Shown here: positions 1-10,600 of the stretch, in pieces
How positions within the stretch are numbered: the first letter of the stretch is position 1
Layout of the letters: the number at the start of each line of letters is the position of its first letter
From: an uncultured Haloferula sp.
GTDB lineage: Bacteria > Verrucomicrobiota > Verrucomicrobiia > Verrucomicrobiales > Akkermansiaceae
Reading direction: 5' to 3'
Assembly (NCBI GenBank): GCA_965652295.1
Contig: CBFGTS010000001.1
Coordinates: 1-64,000 of the forward strand
DNA: 64,000 bases
Notes under the pieces: generated by a model
What the model was told of the DNA's origin: nothing
Database searches by the model: none
What the model saw: only the letters and a program-made list of their open reading frames with translations
Translations under genes and position numbers: made by a program

Positions 1-106
1 GCTTGCTCTTGGCACGGCGGCGGAGGATGCATGCGACGAAGCCGATGGCGGCGAGGAAGGAGCCGCCGGTGAGCCAGTGGTGCCAGGCGAATTCGAAAGT
101 GTCCAT
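1..106 (-). CDS. Probable small membrane protein, 5' part only (runs off the window)
   Basis: The reverse strand from ATG at 106 reads MDTFEFAWHHWLTGGSFLAAIGFVACILRRRAKSK: a hydrophobic helix then a basic patch, open to the window edge. Confidence 0.4.
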   Translation of the reverse strand, partial: MDTFEFAWHHWLTGGSFLAAIGFVACILRRRAKSK

Positions 107-339
107 GTGGCCGTGATCGTGACCCGGGTGGGCGAGCGCGGACGCGAGGGCGGCGGGGAGGGTGTGCCTGGATTACGGGCTTCGCAGCGTGCGGGGAGTA
201 GCGGTGGTGGGGATCTCGATGTCCCGGCGGCAGAGCACTCGGTCAATGGGGCGGCGAGGGGTTGGCTTCGGGCGCTGATTCGCGGATCCGAGCAAGTTTG
301 ACCGGGTGAGTGCCGTTATGTAGCTTTCACTCTGATCCG

Positions 340-2232
340 ATGAAAACCCTGAGAGCCCTTTTTCTTCCGCTGGCGGTCGCGCTTTCGAGCGCTTCGGGCG
401 CGGAGATTACCGGGGCGCGGGTGGCAGCGGCAGCCCTCAAGATGGACGAATTCGTGGCGGGTTGGTATCGCGAACAGGAGCTCGACGTTCCCGAGGTGAC
501 CGATGACGCGACATTTTTGCGGCGGCTATACCTGGTGGCGATCGGCAGGATCCCGACGATGGAGGAAGCCCGCTTTTTTCTGGAGCTGGAGGATGACTCG
601 AAAAGGATTCAGCTGGTCGATTATTTGATCCAGTCGAAGGGCTACGGAAGCCACATGAGCAACTGGGTGTTCGACCTGTTGAGGGTGACCGACGGAAAAT
701 CGGGCTTCAGTGGGACCTTGGAACCCTACCGCGCATGGGTGCGGGGGGCGATGGAGGACAACATGCGGTGGGACGATTTTTCGAGGGAGCTGGTGGCGGC
801 TTCGGGAAACCCGTGGAGTGAAGAGGGTGCGGCGGTGGGCTACTACCTGCGTGACCGGGGGATGCCGTTGGACAATTTGGCGAATACCACCCGGATTTTC
901 TTGGGGTCGAGAATGGAGTGTGCGCAGTGTCATGACGACCCCTTCGGTGAAACCGAGCGCATCGATTTCTACAAGCTTGCGGCGTTCACGCACGGTCAAG
1001 GGGAGGTTTCGCGGAAACCGATGCGAAATTTGTGGGATGAGTTGGGCGAGGAAGATCAGCGCGGGTCGTTTGAGAGAGCGGTGGCGGTGACAATCTGGGA
1101 TCGTGTGTTCGGGATGAGCTTCACCGGCGGGGGAAAGGGCCGGATCCCGTTGCCTGGGGACTATCAATATCGTGATGGCGATCCGGGAGAGGTGGTGGGC
1201 GCTCGTACGCCTTTTGGGAAGACCGTCCGGATGTCGGAGCGGACTGACAGCGAGGACGGACGCGAGCAGTTCGCGGAATGGATCACTTCGAGGACCGGCG
1301 AACAGTTTGCCTCCGTGATCGCGAACCGGATGTGGGCCCGCGTGATGGGGCGGGGGGTGTATGAGCCGGTCGATGAGTTCGTGCCGGCGGAAAGGACGCA
1401 CGCCCCCGGGTTGATGAGATACCTCACCCGCCTGATGGTCGAGTTCGACTACGACCTGCGGGCCTTCCAACGGGTATTGCTCAGTACCAAGACTTTCCAG
1501 TTCGCGCCGAACCCGGAGCCGTCGAAGGTCGCGACGGGGGATGATTTCCACGGGCGGCAGTTGCAGAGGATGTCGGCGGAGCAGATCTGGGATTCGCTGA
1601 TCACGCTGGTCGGCGGTGATCCGGACGGAAAAGTGCCGCGAGGCGTGGACCGGACGATCCGGGTGCGTGGGAAAGCGGTGGATCTGGGAGGGATGGACAT
1701 GGAGTCGCTCTACGAAGAGGTGACCTCGATCGAGAGCGAGGCGGAGTTCAGGAGGTATTTCGAGCGGATCGTAGAGCTGGCGAGAAAGGAGCAAGGCGAC
1801 GGGGGGAGCGCCGCAGATGGAATGATGGAGCGAAAGGTGGCACGCTACCGGGGTGATGAACAGGTGAGGGCGTCGGAGCTTCCGAGTCCGGCACCGCGGA
1901 ATCATCTGCTCTACTTGTTTGGTCAGTCCGACCGCGAAGTGGTGGAGGGAGCGAGCCGGGAGCCGAACGTCGGGCAGGTGCTGGCGTTGATGAACGGCTT
2001 TGTCCAACAGCAGCTGATTCTGAATCGCGAGGCCCATGTTTTCAAAGGCTTGGAAGGAGTGAGCGACGCGAGGGAAAAAATCCGGCGGCTTTACATGGCG
2101 GTCCTGAGCCGCCCGCCTAGCGAGGAGGAGAGCGAGTGGATGATGGACGAGGTGAAGCTCTCCGGCGAGGACGCGTGGCCGAATATCGTGGCAGCCCTGG
2201 TGATGTCTTCGGAATTCCTATTTGTGCAGTGA
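340..2232 (+). CDS. DUF1549/DUF1553 (PSCyt2/PSD1) domain protein
   Basis: Signal peptide MKTLRALFLPLAVALSSASG; DDATFLRRLYL..IGRIPT; RIFLGSRMECAQCHDDPF (CxxCH); NRMWARVMGRG; LYMAVLSRPP...SSEFLF. The ORF track starts at 310, but ATG 340 is more likely. Confidence 0.9.
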   Translation: MKTLRALFLPLAVALSSASGAEITGARVAAAALKMDEFVAGWYREQELDVPEVTDDATFLRRLYLVAIGRIPTMEEARFFLELEDDSKRIQLVDYLIQSKGYGSHMSNWVFDLLRVTDGKSGFSGTLEPYRAWVRGAMEDNMRWDDFSRELVAASGNPWSEEGAAVGYYLRDRGMPLDNLANTTRIFLGSRMECAQCHDDPFGETERIDFYKLAAFTHGQGEVSRKPMRNLWDELGEEDQRGSFERAVAVTIWDRVFGMSFTGGGKGRIPLPGDYQYRDGDPGEVVGARTPFGKTVRMSERTDSEDGREQFAEWITSRTGEQFASVIANRMWARVMGRGVYEPVDEFVPAERTHAPGLMRYLTRLMVEFDYDLRAFQRVLLSTKTFQFAPNPEPSKVATGDDFHGRQLQRMSAEQIWDSLITLVGGDPDGKVPRGVDRTIRVRGKAVDLGGMDMESLYEEVTSIESEAEFRRYFERIVELARKEQGDGGSAADGMMERKVARYRGDEQVRASELPSPAPRNHLLYLFGQSDREVVEGASREPNVGQVLALMNGFVQQQLILNREAHVFKGLEGVSDAREKIRRLYMAVLSRPPSEEESEWMMDEVKLSGEDAWPNIVAALVMSSEFLFVQ

Positions 2233-2236
2233 TCCC

Positions 2237-3526
2237 ATGAGTGACTTTGAAAAAGCGGACGAACTGGATCGGCGGGGGTTCATGGCCAATGCGGCGAAGA
2301 CCCTGCTAGGGGTTCATCTTTTCCCGATGCTGGGCCCCACGGTGGCCTCGGCCGCAGTTCCGGTGAACGCCCGTGCGAGAAGTGTGATCTATCTCTATAT
2401 GTCGGGCGGCATGAGCCACCTCGACACGTTCGACCCGAAGCCGAAGAAGAAAGATGTGATGGGCCCGATCTCGGCGATTGCGAGCAAGGCGGATGGGATT
2501 CTGGTGGGGCAGCACCTGCCGATGACGGCGCAAGTCATGGACCAGGTATGCGTGGTCAACTCGATGACCTCCCGCCAGGGGGCTCATGAACAGGGGAGCT
2601 ATATCATGCATACCAGCTATACGATGCGGGGGACGGTGAAGCATCCGTCTTTGGGCGCTTGGGCGCTGAAGCTGGGTGGGCGGATCAACCCTGAAATTCC
2701 GGGCTATGTGGCGATCGATGCTTCGCCGGAAATGACGGGGGGCGGGTTCTTTGGTGCGAAGTATGCGGCTGCACCGATCGGAAGTCCGAGCGAAGGGTTG
2801 AAGGATTGTGAGAAACCGGAGGCGGTTTCCCAAGATGCCTTCGACCGCAGGCTGGCGCTTGCGGATCGGCTCAACCGGCAGTTTCACGGTCGCTATCCGA
2901 ACGCGGACGTGAAGGCGTACGAGGAGCTTTATCAGGAAGCGGTGAGGCTGATGAACAGCGAGGATTTGAAAGCCTTCAATTTGAAGGAGGAGACGGAGGC
3001 CACTCGCGAGCTTTATGGTCAGGCCCGGTTTGCCCAAGGTTGCATGTTGGCGCGAAGACTGGTGGAACACGGTGTGCGCTTCGTGGAGGTTCAGCTGGGG
3101 GGGTGGGACACGCATTACGACAATTTCGCGGCGGTGGCGGGGCGCTGTCAGGAGTTCGATCAGGCGTATGCGGCCTTGTTGAAGGACCTCATGGCAAGGG
3201 GCTTGCTGGAGAGCACTCTGGTGGTGGTGGCGACGGAGTTCGGCCGCACTCCGGAGATTCAAACGGAGCACAACCAGGGCCGGGATCACCACCCGGCGGC
3301 GTTCACCTGCCTGCTGGCAGGGGGTGGCGTGAAGGGTGGATACCGGCATGGGGCGACCGACGCCAAAGGGGAGCGGGTGAAGGAGAAGGCGGTCGAGGTC
3401 CAGGATTTCAATGCGACGATCGCCCACGCGCTGGGAATACCGCACGATCAGATCGTGATGTCACCGAGCCGACGGCCATTCCGGATGGCGGATGAAGGCA
3501 AGCCGGTGATGGAGGTTTTTGCCTGA
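2237..3526 (+). CDS. DUF1501 domain protein (Tat-exported, sulfatase-like fold)
   Basis: Tat motif DRRGFM; VIYLYMSGGMSHLDTFDPKP; LARRLVEHGVRFVEV; GGWDTH; TEFGRTP; GRDHHP. This is the usual partner downstream of DUF1549/1553 in PVC genomes. Confidence 0.92.
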   Translation: MSDFEKADELDRRGFMANAAKTLLGVHLFPMLGPTVASAAVPVNARARSVIYLYMSGGMSHLDTFDPKPKKKDVMGPISAIASKADGILVGQHLPMTAQVMDQVCVVNSMTSRQGAHEQGSYIMHTSYTMRGTVKHPSLGAWALKLGGRINPEIPGYVAIDASPEMTGGGFFGAKYAAAPIGSPSEGLKDCEKPEAVSQDAFDRRLALADRLNRQFHGRYPNADVKAYEELYQEAVRLMNSEDLKAFNLKEETEATRELYGQARFAQGCMLARRLVEHGVRFVEVQLGGWDTHYDNFAAVAGRCQEFDQAYAALLKDLMARGLLESTLVVVATEFGRTPEIQTEHNQGRDHHPAAFTCLLAGGGVKGGYRHGATDAKGERVKEKAVEVQDFNATIAHALGIPHDQIVMSPSRRPFRMADEGKPVMEVFA

Positions 3527-3723
3527 CACTCGTTGAGGGGAGACGGGCGTCCCCCGAATGAATTTACCCGAGGAGCATTTCAGGGTTGAAAGCATGGCCC
3601 TGGGGGAGATAGATCTGTGGTGGCCGCTGTCCGCCAAGGGCAGCGCAAAAGCAATCGGGCGGCAGCGCTGGCCTGATTGAGCCATCGATTTCCCTGCATC
3701 TTGGGTTGATACAAGGGATACTT

Positions 3724-3763
3724 GGCGGTCCGGATGTGCACGTCCGGGCCGCCTTTTCTTTTT
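3724..3763 (+). terminator. Rho-independent terminator
   Basis: Stem-loop GGCGGTCCGGATG-TGCA-CGTCCGGGCCGCC followed by TTTTCTTTTT. Confidence 0.7.
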
Positions 3764-3801
3764 GGCTCGCGCGTCTTTCCGGCGGGAAGGTGGGCGGAGC
3801 G

Positions 3802-4437
3802 TCAGGAGCGCCGTTTCGCGTCGATGTATTTGAGGGCGGCTTCGGTGCGGCAGTTGACGTGGAGCTTTTCGTAAATCTGCCTCAGGTGCCAGCGGACCGT
3901 CTCGGTGCTGATCTTGAGTTCTTCGGCGATCTCCTTGTTGAAGAGCCCCTTGGCGAGGAGCTGGAGCACTTCGGTTTCCCTGTTGGAAAGCTGGTCGAGC
4001 TTCTCGGGAGGTGAGGCTTTTTCGCGGAACGATTCGACGACTTTCAGCGCGATCACCGGTGTCATGGGGGCACCGCCATCGAGCATTTCCTCAATGGCCC
4101 GGACGATCTCGGTCGGGCTGCTGCGCTTGAGGATATAGCCGCTGGCCCCGGCTTTGAGGGCATCGAAGATTTTCCCGCCATCCTCGTAGACGGTGAGGAT
4201 GAGGACGCGCAGTTCAGGCAGGAGGGTTTTGAGGCGAGCGGTGCATTCGATGCCATCCATGCGAGGAAGGTTGATGTCCATCATGACCAGCTCCGGCTTG
4301 AGTCGGGGGATGTGGATTTCGGCTTCCTCCCCGGTGGGAAACGAGCCGATGCATTCGCAGTCGGGAATGGCATCGACCAGCTCGGCGAGGCTGGCGCGGA
4401 TCGTGGGGTTGTCTTCGACGATGGCGATGCGGGTCAT
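3802..4437 (-). CDS. NarL/LuxR-family response regulator
   Basis: REC domain ([23 protein letters not shown]) plus LuxR HTH ([45 protein letters not shown]). Confidence 0.95.
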   Translation of the reverse strand: MTRIAIVEDNPTIRASLAELVDAIPDCECIGSFPTGEEAEIHIPRLKPELVMMDINLPRMDGIECTARLKTLLPELRVLILTVYEDGGKIFDALKAGASGYILKRSSPTEIVRAIEEMLDGGAPMTPVIALKVVESFREKASPPEKLDQLSNRETEVLQLLAKGLFNKEIAEELKISTETVRWHLRQIYEKLHVNCRTEAALKYIDAKRRS

Positions 4438-7409
4438 TTCGTGCGGGCGGGACGGGTGGAGTACGGGGCTTCGAGAGGCATGGTGAAGGTAATGGTGGTG
4501 CCATGGGGGCCGGAATCAAGTTCCAGCGAGCCCGCGACACTGTCCATGCGCGCCTGCATGTTGGACAAGCCTTGGCGGTGGGAGGGGGCGTTGGTCGGGT
4601 CGAAGCCATGGCCGTTGTCGGCAACCATGGCGATGACTTGTTCGTCCACCACTTGGAAACGAAGACGGACCTCGGTGGCTCCGGAGTGTTTGAGGGCGTT
4701 GTGGACGGCTTCGTTGACGGCCATGAGGAGGTTGTGGCGTCGCTTGGAATCCAAGGGGCGGGCCGGGATTTCTCCTTCGATCTCAAAGCGTCCGCGGATG
4801 CCTGCTGCGTCGGCGCTCTCGCGGACGCGCGAGCAAATGTAGTAGAGGGTGGACGAGAGGTCGTCGTTGGCAGGATTGACGGTCCAGACGATCTCATCCA
4901 AGGACTTCGCCATGTGCTGGGCGCGATCGACGATGGCGTCGATCTTGTTTCGCTGCGTTCCGGGCTGCATCGAGTTTCCGAGGAGGGTGCCGATGAGATT
5001 CACCTCGGTAAGGCTTGCTCCCAGTTCGTCGTGGAGGTCACGGGCGATCCGCGCCCGCTCCGCCTCGACCCGGCGGGCTTGGCGGAGAGCGATGACCTTG
5101 CGGCGGATTTTTCTGACGGACCAGGTCCGAATGCCGACGGCGGTGAGGGCGATGGCGACGATGAATGCCAGGATTCTGAACAGCGGCGTTTCCCAGAAGT
5201 GGGGGATGGAAATGACACGGATGCTCGCGCGGGAGGGTGATTCGTGGCCGTCCTCGATCCGGGCGTCGAAACGGTAGTCTCCCGGGGGCAGCGAGGCATA
5301 GGTGATGGCCCGGGATCCCTTGAGCGTCTGCCATTCGTTCTCCAATCCCGACATCCGGTAGCGGATGACGAGGTCCTCGGGGTGAATGAACTCGGGGGCT
5401 GTCAGTTCGATGCGGAGGGTGCCGGCGTCGGGCTTGAGGCGGAGGGAAGAGGGTGCGTCGGGGTCGTTGCGGCTCCAAAGGAGTCCTTGGTCGGTGGAGG
5501 AGGTCTCGATGTAGAGCGGGGCGGGGCGGTGGGCACGCTCGACCTCGGAGGGGGTAACGCGAATGGCGCCGGAGGGGAGGGAGAACCAGAGCCGCCCACG
5601 TTCGTCGATATCGCAGAGGTTGCCGTATTCGCCGGTGAACTGGGGGGAGGGCAGTCCGTCGTTGCGGGTGAGGACGAAGGTGGATGGGAGCGCCTCGCCG
5701 GATCCGGGGAGTTCGGAGGTGTCGAGACGCTGAAGGCCGGTATCGGTTCCGAGCCATATGTTTCCGTCGTGGTCTTCGATGATCTGGGCGATGGTCTGGC
5801 TGGTGAGCCCTTCGGCGGTGGTCCAACGGCGGATCTCATGGTCACGGATGCGGTAGACTCCCTGGCCCAGAGTGCCGACCCAGATCGAACCATCGCGGCT
5901 TTCGCAAAGACAGGCGGCAAGGATGATCTCCTGATGTTCGGTATCTTCAACACTGAGCCAGCCCGCCTCCGTCAGCTTGAACAGGCCGTCTCCTCCGCAT
6001 GACGCCCAGATGTTTCCACGGCTGTCCTGAAGCACATCAAGAATCCGGCGGAGATGAGGATTGCTGTCGGCCACGGGACCGATGCGACCCTGGTTGTTCC
6101 ATGCCTCCACCATGGCGGGAGCCCTGTGGCTGGCCGCCGAGCCGCTGAGAACGTCGCCGTGATCGGTTTCTGCAAGGGCCAGGAATGGATCGGGGGGAGC
6201 CAGGCCGGGAAGGGGTGCCACCGTGCCGGAAGCCGGATCGAAGCGGAAAAGCCCGCGGTCATGGGTTCCCACCCAGACCGACCCTCCGGCTCGCGGCAAA
6301 AGGGAGCGGATGGCTCCGAAGGGGCTGGGATTTGCGATGACTTGGGTGAACTGATCGTCTTTCAGGAGGAACAGGCGTCCGCCGTCCGAGCCGGCCCAGA
6401 CGTTGCCTTGGGGATCCACCGCGACCGAGGTGGTGACCGTGCGACCGAGGCCGGAGGAGGCGGTGAAGGTTTCAAACCATCTCCTGCGAAGGAGGTTGAG
6501 CCCGCCTCCATTGGTGCCCGCCCAGAGGAAGCCGTCGTCATCGATTGCCAAACACCGGACGTCGTTCAGGGACACCAAACCCATCCGGGCGTCGAGCGTG
6601 CTCCAACTTCCGTCATGGTGCAGGAGGATTCCTGCGTCGCGGGTCGCCAGCCAGAGGTTGCCGTTTTCATCGGGCCGACAGGCAAGCAGAAAGGTGTCCT
6701 CACCGGTGGGTAGCTCCCGGCTCACATCCTGCCAGCCTTCCTCCCCTTCCCGCAGGAGCACGCCGTTTCCGCAGATCCACGTGTGTCCGGACGGAGTATG
6801 GCAAATATCCCAGAGGTCGCGGCCGGTCCATGGCCCCACCTGTTCGATGGCGCGTTCCGGCAGCGAGGGGTCCCAGCGACTCAGTCTCTGCTGGGACAGG
6901 ATGAGCATGCTGCCATCCCCGTTTTCCAGAAAGGCGCGGACGTCCGGGGGCTCGCCGGGGACTTCCACCGGGTGGAGGACTCCTTCCGCCCACCGCCAAC
7001 AGGAACGGTATCCGCCAAGCCAGACCGCTCCGCTAGAAGAAGCTCCGATGGCGTAAATCGCCTGGCTGGCGGTCTCTTTGAGAAAGTGCCACTTTCCGTC
7101 CTGCCGGTAGGCGGCTCCGGACCGGGTGCCGGCCCAGAGGCGGCCCGCGCCGTCGATCTCGAGGGAAAGCACCTGCGTGTCCGGCAGCCCCTCTTCGAGG
7201 GAGTGGACCACGAATTCCATACCGTCGAAGCGAGCCAGCCCGTTGCCTGTGGCGGCCCATACGAAACCTTCGGCGTCGCGCACCACGGCGGCCACCACGT
7301 TGCTGGGGAGACCATCGCTGGTCTGCCAGAAATCATTGAGGTATTCCGCGCCTTCCGCTGCGACGACGAAAGCCACAACGGCGGTCGTCAGAAGCACGCG
7401 AGTCCGCAT
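4434..7409 (-). CDS. Sensor histidine kinase with beta-propeller (Reg_prop) and Y_Y_Y periplasmic region, HisKA_3 type
   Basis: DGLPSNVV and G.LW.GT..GL propeller repeats; [23 protein letters not shown] (Y_Y_Y); one TM helix; [39 protein letters not shown]. Start placed at MRTRVLL (7409); overlaps the regulator by 4 bp. Confidence 0.93.
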   Translation of the reverse strand: MRTRVLLTTAVVAFVVAAEGAEYLNDFWQTSDGLPSNVVAAVVRDAEGFVWAATGNGLARFDGMEFVVHSLEEGLPDTQVLSLEIDGAGRLWAGTRSGAAYRQDGKWHFLKETASQAIYAIGASSSGAVWLGGYRSCWRWAEGVLHPVEVPGEPPDVRAFLENGDGSMLILSQQRLSRWDPSLPERAIEQVGPWTGRDLWDICHTPSGHTWICGNGVLLREGEEGWQDVSRELPTGEDTFLLACRPDENGNLWLATRDAGILLHHDGSWSTLDARMGLVSLNDVRCLAIDDDGFLWAGTNGGGLNLLRRRWFETFTASSGLGRTVTTSVAVDPQGNVWAGSDGGRLFLLKDDQFTQVIANPSPFGAIRSLLPRAGGSVWVGTHDRGLFRFDPASGTVAPLPGLAPPDPFLALAETDHGDVLSGSAASHRAPAMVEAWNNQGRIGPVADSNPHLRRILDVLQDSRGNIWASCGGDGLFKLTEAGWLSVEDTEHQEIILAACLCESRDGSIWVGTLGQGVYRIRDHEIRRWTTAEGLTSQTIAQIIEDHDGNIWLGTDTGLQRLDTSELPGSGEALPSTFVLTRNDGLPSPQFTGEYGNLCDIDERGRLWFSLPSGAIRVTPSEVERAHRPAPLYIETSSTDQGLLWSRNDPDAPSSLRLKPDAGTLRIELTAPEFIHPEDLVIRYRMSGLENEWQTLKGSRAITYASLPPGDYRFDARIEDGHESPSRASIRVISIPHFWETPLFRILAFIVAIALTAVGIRTWSVRKIRRKVIALRQARRVEAERARIARDLHDELGASLTEVNLIGTLLGNSMQPGTQRNKIDAIVDRAQHMAKSLDEIVWTVNPANDDLSSTLYYICSRVRESADAAGIRGRFEIEGEIPARPLDSKRRHNLLMAVNEAVHNALKHSGATEVRLRFQVVDEQVIAMVADNGHGFDPTNAPSHRQGLSNMQARMDSVAGSLELDSGPHGTTITFTMPLEAPYSTRPARTK

Positions 7410-7654
7410 GCGGGAAAGGCGGTCTGATGAACCCTTGCGTCCCATGGTAGGCGGCAACGATAGCGGGTTGGCGGACGTTGGAAACGCGAATCCTGCGCAT
7501 TCCCAGAGCAAACCCCTCCCCATGGGGGGGTATCTCCGTCCGTTCCTGCTGCTATGGTGAGAAACGCTGTCGGGACCATTTCCGGCGGCGGGCTTGCCAA
7601 TCAAAAACCTGAAACGGGGCAGGGCTTTGCACCCGGTCCCCCTATCGAAAACCT

Positions 7655-10600
7655 ATGAAACCCAATATTCCTGCCCTCTCGGTGTGGATAGTCGCCTTTG
7701 CTTCCCATGCGGAGGCGGCCGACATCACCCTCAACGCTGCTGACGCCTTCGGTGCCTCGTCGTTCAATGCAGCAGGACAATGGAGCAATGCCGCGCCTCC
7801 GTCGGCGGGTAACAACTATTTCAACAATGGCCTTCTCCTGCGCACTCCCCCGGATGGCAACTCGTACACCTTCATGGGTGACTCGCTGACGATCACCGGG
7901 ACGGCGAATTTCAGTGCCGCGAATACCGACGCATTGATGTGGAAAGGGACGGGGACGGCCTCCGTCATCACGATCTCCAATCTCATCGTCAACGGTGGCC
8001 AGATCCGCCACGGACAAGGTGACGCCGATTCGTTCACCCTGGCCGGGAACATCACGGTTGGTGCGAATGGCCTCGGCCTTGCGACCCAAGGCGGGATGAT
8101 CATCTCCGCCCCTATCTCGGGAACATCGCAGATCGTGGTGATGAACAATGGCAATGGCCTGGCCGCCCGCACGGTGACGTTCGCCAGCAGCGCGAGTACC
8201 TTCACCGGAGATTTGAACCTCAACAACGCCCAGAGTTTGGCGGCTCTGGCGGACGATGCGGTCTTCAACTTCGTGATCGGAGCAGCCGGGGTGAGCAACA
8301 CGATCTCGGGTCCGGGCAGCATCCAGTTGAACGGGGATTTCGTTCTCGACCTCACCGGTGCCAGCACCACGGTCGGCAGTTCCTGGTCCTTGGTTTCCGC
8401 CGCGACGACGACCTACGGAGCGAGCTTTTCCCTGCCGGGCTTCACCAGCAACGGGGCCGCGGAGGGTGCCCGCATCTGGAGCCGTGAGGAAAACGGTGTC
8501 CTGTATCAGTTCAACGAGGCTTCGGGTTCGCTTTCGATCCTGAACAGCGACTCGGACGGAGACGGCCTTGAAGATGCTTTCGAGCAGGTGATCATCGATT
8601 TTGACTCGGGCGATGCATTCGCCTCGTTGGGCGATGTTCTCCCCGGGGATGACTTCGATTTCGATTCCTTTACCAACCTTCAGGAGTTCGCTGCCGGCTC
8701 GGATCCCACCGATGTCTTCTCTACTCCGGACGATGTCGATGGCGACGGCATGGAGGATGCATGGGAGGTGGCGAACTTCGGCGATACCTCGCGCGATGGA
8801 ACAGGGGATGCGGATAATGACCAACTGGACGATATCGATGAGTTCATCCGGGGAACGGATCCCAACAACACCGATTCCGACGGCGATAATCTCGGCGATG
8901 GCGATGAGGTGAGTGGCGACCTCAATGTCGATTTCTTCTTCACTCCCACGGATCCTTCGCTTGCCGACACCGACGGCGATGGTCTGGATGACGGGGAGGA
9001 AATCAATGGAACCGCCAACACCGCCTTCGGCAACGAGGCGACGGACCCCACACAGCTTGATACGGATTTTGATAACTATTCGGATTACGAGGAAACCGTT
9101 TACGGAACGAATCCGAATGACGAGGATTCAATTCCACAGGAACATGAATTGATCGGCCTTGAGAAGCGGAATGGCAGCTTCGAGTTCCGCAGCGGTGTGG
9201 CCAATGCCGTGAACTACAAGCTCGGTTGGGACGGGCCCGCACCGGATGACGTCGATGCCTGGACAACATGGGGCGAGCAAACGACGACCTCCACCGACAG
9301 CGGTGTCGAAGTCGATGCCACAGCCACCCACGGTTCGATGATCGGCTTCACCCAGAGTGGGAATGGAGCGAAGAACATGACAACCTATACCGCGAAGGAA
9401 GGGGACGTGATCCGGCTCACCTATGACCGGGTGAACGGCTATACCACCGGCCGCACTTTCCTCCTCTTTGACGCATCGGACTTGTCGCAGGGATTCATCA
9501 AGATCCCCGGTAGTCCGGAGCAAATCAACACGGCGAATGGAGCCTATTCGATGGTCTTCACGATTCCGGCGAGCAGCCCTGCGATCGGGCGGCGCATCGG
9601 GGTGGGAATCCACAACGCCACCGCCGGTGCCTGGCCGGGCTGGGACAGCGTGGTTCTGACCGTTTCCGATCAGGATGTGGACGGCGACGGACTCAGCGAT
9701 TTCTGGGAGGATCTGTATTTCGGCAACGCTGATGACAATCCGGATACGGCGGAACTCGCGCTTCAATCGGGTGCCGGAAATGCGGACAGCGACACCTTCA
9801 CCAACCTCCAGGAATTCGAAGGAGGATCGGACCCGACGGACGGGACCTCGGTGCCATCCGACAGTGATGCGGACGGGCTCGATGACGCTTGGGAGCTCAC
9901 CTCGTTCGGAAACCTGAGCTACGGAGCCAACGACGATCCGGATCATGACTTCGCCACCAACGAGATGGAGGAGGCCGCCGGAACCTTGGGTGGTGATTCA
10001 TCCGACTGGCCGGATGCCGACGGGGATGAAATGGGTGATGGATGGGAGCTGCACTATGGGCTCAACGTCGGCACCAATGATGCGGGTCTCGATCCTGACG
10101 TTGATGACAGCACCAACCTTCAGGAGCATGACGCCGGGACGGACCCCACCGATCCCGATTGGTCGCCGGGGAAGGCGAAGCTCAAGCATCGCTGGAGTTT
10201 CAATGGAGACCTTACCGATGCGGTCGGCAGCTCGGATGCCCAGATCATCGAGGTGGGAGCCAATAACGCGACTCTCGGCGCGAACGGCGTGACGCTGACG
10301 GGCGGCGCGAAGGGCAGCAGCGACTACGTCCAGCTTGGAAGCAACCTGATCGGCGGCCTCGACACGCCGGTGACGATCGAGCTTTGGGCGACGCCCCATG
10401 CGGTTCAGAACTGGGGTCGGATCTTTGATTTCGGCACCGACATCGGAACCACCGGGACGGCGAACAACTACTTCTTCATGAGTTGGACCAATGGGACCGA
10501 CCCGGCGACAGATCGTGTGGCGTGGGATTCGCCGACGGCTGGTGAGACCGGCGTGACGGCATCCAACGCGCCCTATGTGCTCGACGTCCCCTATCACATG

